Part shown: piece by piece, positions 14,901 through 17,696 of the stretch | Position numbering within the stretch: position 1 is the first letter of the stretch | Layout of the letters: every line of letters starts with the position of its first letter | From: a virus | Reading direction: 5' to 3' (one strand) | Length of the DNA: 17,696 bases | Virus record (IMG/VR): IMGVR_UViG_3300031521_000017 | Made by a program: the position numbers and the translations under genes | The notes under the pieces: generated by a model | What the model saw: the letters and a program-made list of their open reading frames with translations, nothing else | The model's database searches: none | What the model was told of the DNA's origin: nothing

Positions 14901-16935
14901 GAATATTATCAGAAACTGATTTAACGTCTAAATTAACTAAGTCCGCTGCAGCTCCCAATGAACCTAAAGCTTGTTTTGACTTATCTGCATCTGGACTTAA
15001 TATTGCTGGTAAAGTACCGTTACTTTTGAATAAACCATTCTCTCCAGTTTGAATATTTCCAAATTGGCCTGCATTTGGAGACTTCCCAAAAGTTTTATTA
15101 TATTCTGCAGCTCTTGCTTCGCTTAAAGCTCTGAGTTGATCTCGTTCTTCTCCCAAGGCCTTAACTTGCTTTAGAATAAGATCATATTGTTCTCTCTGTT
15201 GAGCAGTCATGTTTTCTAAATATGGAGCAAGTTCTTTGGTTACTTCGATCATTCGGTAGGCAGCAGTCCCATTCCCGAAGGCTCCGCCAGAACCCACTTC
15301 TTTCTTGCTCCAATCAACATTCGCATATTGCATTTGCATTTGATTAATAGCACTAGCTTGTTTTGCTTCTGTCGCCATCAATCTCATATTTCGTACCATT
15401 CCAGCTATACTTTGAGAAAGTTGTACTGAAAATACTTTTGCAAGGACTGAAGCCAATCCCATAAACATTGGGATTCCTCCACCCGCAGCCTGAAACATAT
15501 TGGTAAGAACACCTAAAAAGGTTGTCGCTGCATCTGTGGCTCCAATTATAGAGTCAGTATCAAAAATGCTAGAGTATAGTTTTTCTGAAGCCGTCTGAAG
15601 TTTCTTCATGTGAGCTTCCGCAGAATCCATATAAATAGCATTTTGCTTATCTAATGTACCAAGAGCTCCCTCTGCGACTCCCAATTCTTTTTTATACATA
15701 TCTTCATTATCAAATAAAGCAATTAAATTGTTGTATTGTCTCTTACCCGCAAGAGAGACAGCAGCCGCTTCCTGCTGCGCCCTTGTCCATCCTTGCCACT
15801 TACCAGAAACTTCTTCTATGATAAGTCCCATATCTCGCATTTGACCTTTTTCATCGAGAATATTAACTCCCATAGCTTGCATATCTTTACCAATTTTACC
15901 TAAAGATACGCCAAATTCATCAACAGCTCCAACTACCTTAAGGTCACCCATACGCGCATAAATAGTCTTAAGAGCAGTACCAACAATTTCTGGAGATTGA
16001 CGAGTAACAGACTCAATAGTAGCAATCTGCGCAGATAGTTGATTAATATTAACACCCATCATAGATGCAGTTGAAGCAACCTTGCCCATAGATGTTGCTA
16101 ACTCATTAAGGTCAGTAGCAGAGTCAGTAGCGACCGCAGCCATAACATCAATATATCCTGCGGCGTCCTTAGTCTGTACATTATAAGCATTCCAAACAGC
16201 CGTCAACTGCTCAGCTGCCAATCCAGAATCCTCATGTGAAACATTAGCAGCTTTGATAGCAATTGCCGCACGAGGTAAAACGTCTTTATCTTTTAGACCC
16301 TGCTCATAGAAGAACTGGGCAGCTTTGGTATACTCTACCGTAGTAGAGCCAATAGCTTTGGCTGCATTATTCGCATATTGAGCAAAATCTTTCATATCAT
16401 CTTTAGATTTGAAAGTAACAATTCCAATGTTGTTTAAAGCAGTGTCTAATTGAACAACATAGTTAAAAGCTTTTCCAATTTCCGCAGTAATCCCTTGAAA
16501 GATACCAGCAGTAATTCCCCAACGGACAGTGTTTCCCATAGTAGTTGCCATTTTATCAAGCAATTCATTGCTTTGTCTAATACCAGTGTTCATCTTAAGA
16601 GTCTGGTAAGTAAAATCGCTAAAAGCCTTTTGTCCTGCTGGTCCTAATCTATCTAGATCTTGGTGGATCTTTCTAATACTTAAATCACTTTTTGATAGTT
16701 CTGTATTGAATTTCTGAACATTGAAAACGCCAAGTTCAACATCAAAAGAACTGTTCAATAAAGCTCTTAACTTTTCAACCATTGTTAAGGTTTCTTGAAA
16801 ACCTTTGTTATTAGGTGTCGTACTCTTTAAAACCTGAGCCTCCACATTTTTTAATGATTGCATTAATTGTGTCAAACCACTTTGGTCTAACTGGGTTTTT
16901 AGATTAACCTCAACAGTAGTCCCATATTTAGCCAA
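8953..16935 (-). CDS. Tail tape measure protein, 2660 aa, with an embedded NlpC/P60-type cysteine peptidase (peptidoglycan hydrolase) module near the C-terminus. It uses a TTG start codon.
   Basis: The start is TTG at 16933-16935 (plus-strand caa), preceded by AGGAGG with a 9-nt spacer. The ORF track shows M for the alternative start. The N-terminal region (WGITAGIFQGITAEIGKAFNYVVQLDTALNNIGIV) resembles the Phage-minor-tail / TP901-family tape measure core. Very long Ala/Gln/Lys/Glu-rich helical stretches are typical of tape measures. There is a hydrophobic Ala/Leu/Val/Gly transmembrane-like segment (...AGITLIVAALAAMVAGLVGVAKA) at about 13985-14050. The motif GPDAFDCSGLDSWVLKKAG...NPGHHTGIEIDGKWFEAPY carries the Cys and His signature of the NlpC/P60 papain-like family. 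Confidence 0.8.
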   Translation of the reverse strand: MAKYGTTVEVNLKTQLDQSGLTQLMQSLKNVEAQVLKSTTPNNKGFQETLTMVEKLRALLNSSFDVELGVFNVQKFNTELSKSDLSIRKIHQDLDRLGPAGQKAFSDFTYQTLKMNTGIRQSNELLDKMATTMGNTVRWGITAGIFQGITAEIGKAFNYVVQLDTALNNIGIVTFKSKDDMKDFAQYANNAAKAIGSTTVEYTKAAQFFYEQGLKDKDVLPRAAIAIKAANVSHEDSGLAAEQLTAVWNAYNVQTKDAAGYIDVMAAVATDSATDLNELATSMGKVASTASMMGVNINQLSAQIATIESVTRQSPEIVGTALKTIYARMGDLKVVGAVDEFGVSLGKIGKDMQAMGVNILDEKGQMRDMGLIIEEVSGKWQGWTRAQQEAAAVSLAGKRQYNNLIALFDNEDMYKKELGVAEGALGTLDKQNAIYMDSAEAHMKKLQTASEKLYSSIFDTDSIIGATDAATTFLGVLTNMFQAAGGGIPMFMGLASVLAKVFSVQLSQSIAGMVRNMRLMATEAKQASAINQMQMQYANVDWSKKEVGSGGAFGNGTAAYRMIEVTKELAPYLENMTAQQREQYDLILKQVKALGEERDQLRALSEARAAEYNKTFGKSPNAGQFGNIQTGENGLFKSNGTLPAILSPDADKSKQALGSLGAAADLVNLDVKSVSDNIQNLYKSVESGDKDTKSFNNLKKALENLIVDGKDANISVKALEDRLVELNGMTAKSFQGNEGRKFLGQTTFMASQAGIEVQRRSDLAQEIVAQQQRVRDSQSANAPVEVATKGSQERLLSTAKTQQSIQKFTELAGTIGQVGFAISSVSNLGTIWQDKNASIADQLGQTLFSLSMIIPGVISGYQMLYNVVASGEALQNLGLVKQLAGLATKQTALAAEIVAIKAKSALTIQTAAEELIATEMTTAERGKAIAAISGEVVATETLAIAQAEEAAAATAAAAANAAATAGITLIVAALAAMVAGLVGVAKAQAKQREESMKAATAAKEAYIQNKDLYDQFQIALTANKEGTGTYQAVLDASKALNNSLQDQGAITSANAQRWDEYGVSATKALKKQLEDSIKAASTGVTSALDSADSKQARGVLDSSKPTTGGVYGFRMRRAPEDLYAEYLSKKAQYKKDLDTLGSENPAVKKEAEDIAKLDAVYAATEVQMQNIIDLKKEMYNFENSNKMLASTKELNNEVAKLAHAMETGPDGKRNNVPAEKAEKAARDYLLQSHANATLATSQANQANLTSNFTEKGKGISQSQVEGFVQKLGGDKQFNAIISMYPEEDKPKTLENITKFKDKISKENPAKIKIIAEGIAATPEAAAYETVSDSLAKGSLTAVGLNKALKDINPTLAKMDPSSVKFFFALKDAQEKAIQTTLKMDKTNKNSNAIRQDQLDLLEINANREEQVAKSKADVIAAETNLKDVIKKSGASSERAALAEKQLEAARAKSKATILAYRTAVIKTGLEELNLGSYASWVAKIISKGHEGAIAKLAALRSELGKLQGAYAAVAAAALTAYEQGGNARDYVNNTSNSKAAADLASTQDRIKALTAALTVKIDIPSASSASTAKSGSGSGSKTKAKANLNKMEQIASEFDPYYNINKTIAELVVNFDKLSEAQKKLIGSGLISNLNKQLDIIAKQVKAEKDKYELQKLNEKQLQKSLAKEGLKFDKEGNISNYESRIKAAEKKVEVEIDRYNKLKTEKAQKAEEKKEKAAENALTKLKDEISNYDQLTQTDMKDTLQKISDFQAKATEITIQKFSVSIDVSTNFAEAERKWNEFRAVVINDLDMDKAINKLGVSIADLSTYFNAVGDANLDKLTAQLNTVNEEVTKIQNGKNSSLFGDDLSAATDMRDSLLTQLEDGLTSYKTLIDDVKKSTIDWVSQSAESFGEVSSQFDYINSSLKHQSSLMKLLYGDKAYSEMDDFYQAQEVNNNAQAVFLENQLKVLTNTRDSINKITNPDLWDTLNLKVEDTQKSLDSLVETSMDNLTTKYTNSINQILDTFANKLTNGAGLEKVSEEWTMINKNAAVYLDTVTAGYSINQLQSKMVENINNAKDVSSQKQLTDIMNAQLKALREKDVLTQRDLDRANQSYDIELKRIALEDAQNNKTKMQLQRNAQGNYSYVYAADQKQLTKARQDLADAQKAQYDSDKKAFEESQTNYQETFKQYTDKAKEIALDTTSTEAEKQASRVALDTQYGALLQKQTQINETSKQNYAQSTMDQYASLYGKDSEEYKAFLDNKDVAMAASDSRWTSSLQGMIDSIEGEGGFKSVSSDLWTQLTTESTNYQGSIDKLQSSANVDFDDISDALIDATEQTTSLSKSGSDLVTTMESESIAIQDVVSQLNAYEIAMQKVIAASGKIVGTSIQTKATEAGSTTNVPNSAITSGVDTTAITGDTPKAGTTFDIPNFAVPTPTDSTKGDDGDTTSPEANKQVAKALSAAYSAVGKPYKWGAAGPDAFDCSGLDSWVLKKAGFNYGRFTTRTEAGLFSEGRGKKITLGLNPGHHTGIEIDGKWFEAPYKGANVRGPGKAKSSWPAYYHIPGFESGGYTGDDGDSGGKLAIVHNKEVILNKKDTVNLLSAVSIVRSIVDNLKAGAMASASSLVSSLSGNSGGAIGTTGILEQKVEITANFPNVTDSKQIQDALINLPNIAAQHATKK
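9300..9660 (-). other. NlpC/P60-like cysteine peptidase domain within the tape measure protein, roughly aa 2425-2545. The catalytic Cys codon is at 9544-9546.
   Basis: The DCSG motif lies 9541-9552 on the minus strand. A downstream His-containing segment, HHTGIEIDG, is encoded near 9393-9430. The Cys...His arrangement and spacing are consistent with NlpC/P60 endopeptidases, which are known to be embedded in phage tape measures. Confidence 0.65.
14041..14090 (-). repeat. GC-rich GCN-triplet simple repeat (gcagccgcagcagtcgcagcagccgc) encoding an Ala-rich tract (AAAATAAAAANAAATA). It lies next to the hydrophobic segment of the tape measure protein.
   Basis: Seen directly. It is a local GC island in otherwise AT-rich DNA. 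Confidence 0.6.
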
Positions 16936-16969
16936 TTCCTTTTACCTCCTCTATATATCTTCGTCTCTT

Positions 16970-17025
16970 ATTTTAAGATAATAAAAAACGGACTTTACTA
17001 TTATACTTAATAGTAAAGTCCGTTT
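16970..17025 (-). terminator. Rho-independent terminator on the minus strand. It has a perfect 18-bp stem (16986-17003 with 17008-17025) and a 4-nt loop, followed on the minus strand by TTTTTTATTATCTT (16970-16985). It sits between the 177-aa gene and the tape measure gene.
   Basis: The inverted repeat aaacggactttactatta / taatagtaaagtccgttt was read from the sequence, as was the U-run immediately 3' on the minus strand. The tape measure RBS and start lie ~35-50 nt further downstream. Confidence 0.75.
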
Positions 17026-17042
17026 AATTAATGTATCTCGGC

Positions 17043-17576
17043 CTATTCAGTTGGAGTTTGTGCCTCTGCTTTCTTTGTGAAATTAATTCCTAAAGCTTGC
17101 GCGAGCGGGCCTACCTGCGCTAAAAGATTAGGATCTAAATCTTTAAAGTTAGCTAAGCTCATATTAGTTTTTTCCGCAATATCTCCAATAAAGATCTTAA
17201 GACTATCTAGGAAGCCACTAAAAGAGCTATGATATACAATAAATTCATCTGACCAAGCCGCCAAACTCTCTTCAAGAAAATCTAAAGTCCCAGGAAAGTT
17301 TGTTTCCATTTCCATTTCAAACTCCTCGAATAGATTAGCTTGTTTAAATGAATCATATAATTCAAATTTATCCATTCTTTGTTCTAGCGTTAAATCACTA
17401 TCTGTACAAGCTAAAATTAAATTAACTGGGAATAAAACATCCAAAAGCATTGGATTTAGAATTCCATCTACATATGACTCCTGAATTGTAAGATCAATTA
17501 AATTAATTTGACGCTCTATAGGAATAGATTCTTTAAGGTTAAAAGTAATCTCTTCTCCATTAATAACTACTGACAT
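17043..17576 (-). CDS. Acidic 177-aa protein in the position of a tail assembly chaperone (gpG-like).
   Basis: ATG at 17574-17576 with RBS GGAGGA 6-7 nt upstream. It is strongly acidic (Glu/Asp-rich) and sits immediately upstream of the tape measure gene, which is the conserved chaperone position. Its N-terminus, MSVVINGEEITFNLK..., resembles the M..I.INGKEY.F.F start of Gram-positive phage TAC families. No downstream overlapping T-frame is present: the following 107 nt are a terminator. Confidence 0.7.
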   Translation of the reverse strand: MSVVINGEEITFNLKESIPIERQINLIDLTIQESYVDGILNPMLLDVLFPVNLILACTDSDLTLEQRMDKFELYDSFKQANLFEEFEMEMETNFPGTLDFLEESLAAWSDEFIVYHSSFSGFLDSLKIFIGDIAEKTNMSLANFKDLDPNLLAQVGPLAQALGINFTKKAEAQTPTE

Positions 17577-17611
17577 AATATCCTCCTTGTGTCGCTTTTA
17601 TTTCTACCCAT

Positions 17612-17640
17612 AGTATAACACAATTTTTCTAGACAGTCAA
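17612..17640 (-). promoter_or_regulatory. Sigma-70-type promoter on the minus strand. The -35 is TTGACT (plus-strand 17635-17640), with a 17-nt spacer and an extended -10 TGtTATACT (-10 at plus-strand 17612-17617). It lies ~35 nt upstream of the 177-aa ORF, in a 120-nt AT-rich non-coding region.
   Basis: Hexamers read from the reverse complement: ...aatTTGACTgtctagaaaaattgtgtTATACTatgggtag... This gives 5/6 and 5/6 matches to consensus with optimal spacing and a TGn motif. Confidence 0.55.
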
Positions 17641-17696
17641 ATTAAATCATTAATGAAAATGTTAATTTATGTCTATATAAAATCTGATAAAAGTTT

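Noticed and set aside
14690-16647. Plus-strand 70-aa and 65-aa ORFs
   Set aside because: Antisense shadows within the tape measure N-terminal region. No translation signals.
16936-17042. Possible -1 frameshift-extended T-frame of the chaperone (G/GT arrangement)
   Set aside because: The 107 nt after the 177-aa stop are occupied by the terminator hairpin and the tape measure RBS. No overlapping downstream ORF exists, so a lambda-type G/GT frameshift product is not encoded here.
1-17696. Searched for integrase, CRISPR repeats, tRNA or rRNA, toxin-antitoxin or other defence-type genes, and DGR components (reverse transcriptase, template repeat) that could diversify the fibre
   Set aside because: No regularly spaced short direct repeats with unique spacers. 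No cloverleaf-capable tRNA-like segments were noticed. No reverse-transcriptase motifs. Every substantial ORF is structural and on one strand, so the window appears to be purely a tail structural module.

Overview
The whole window reads as one co-directional, minus-strand tail-morphogenesis gene block from a tailed phage or prophage of a low-GC Gram-positive host. The DNA is AT-rich with A/T-biased third codon positions. No gene is supportable on the plus strand. Read in the direction of transcription (right to left), the block contains the following.

- **Promoter and first gene (17612-17640, 17576-17043):** a near-consensus sigma-70 promoter drives a 177-aa acidic protein that sits where a tail assembly chaperone normally sits.
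- **Terminator (16970-17025):** a perfect 18-bp-stem hairpin followed by a T-run.
- **Tape measure protein (16935-8953):** 2660 aa, TTG start. It has a Phage-minor-tail-like N-terminal region, long Ala/Gln/Lys/Glu-rich helical stretches, a hydrophobic transmembrane-like segment and an embedded NlpC/P60-type cysteine peptidase module near the C-terminus.
- **GC-rich hairpin (8918-8945):** lies 8 nt after the tape measure stop and is followed directly by the next gene's RBS.
- **Tail-tip protein (8899-4211):** 1562 aa, beta-rich, sitting where Dit/Tal normally sit. It carries four tandem ~115-aa modules; the two-module unit is duplicated at near-identical DNA level.
- **Two small coupled ORFs:** 143 aa and 96 aa, function unknown.
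- **Large partial gene (3341 to before position 1):** at least 1113 aa, running off the window. It encodes an N-terminal beta-sandwich-like region, three FN3-like modules (RGFCW...YYYRAYATNSAG motif), two Listeria-Bacteroides (Flg_new/InlB-B-type) repeats, and then at least 20 copies of a degenerate 23-aa acidic repeat with a 69-nt DNA period. This looks like a receptor-binding tail fibre.

Nothing in the window looks like a defence or other non-structural system. The unusual features are architectural: a giant tape measure protein with a lytic module, a transcriptional punctuation pattern around it, a non-canonical tail tip, and a highly repetitive fibre.
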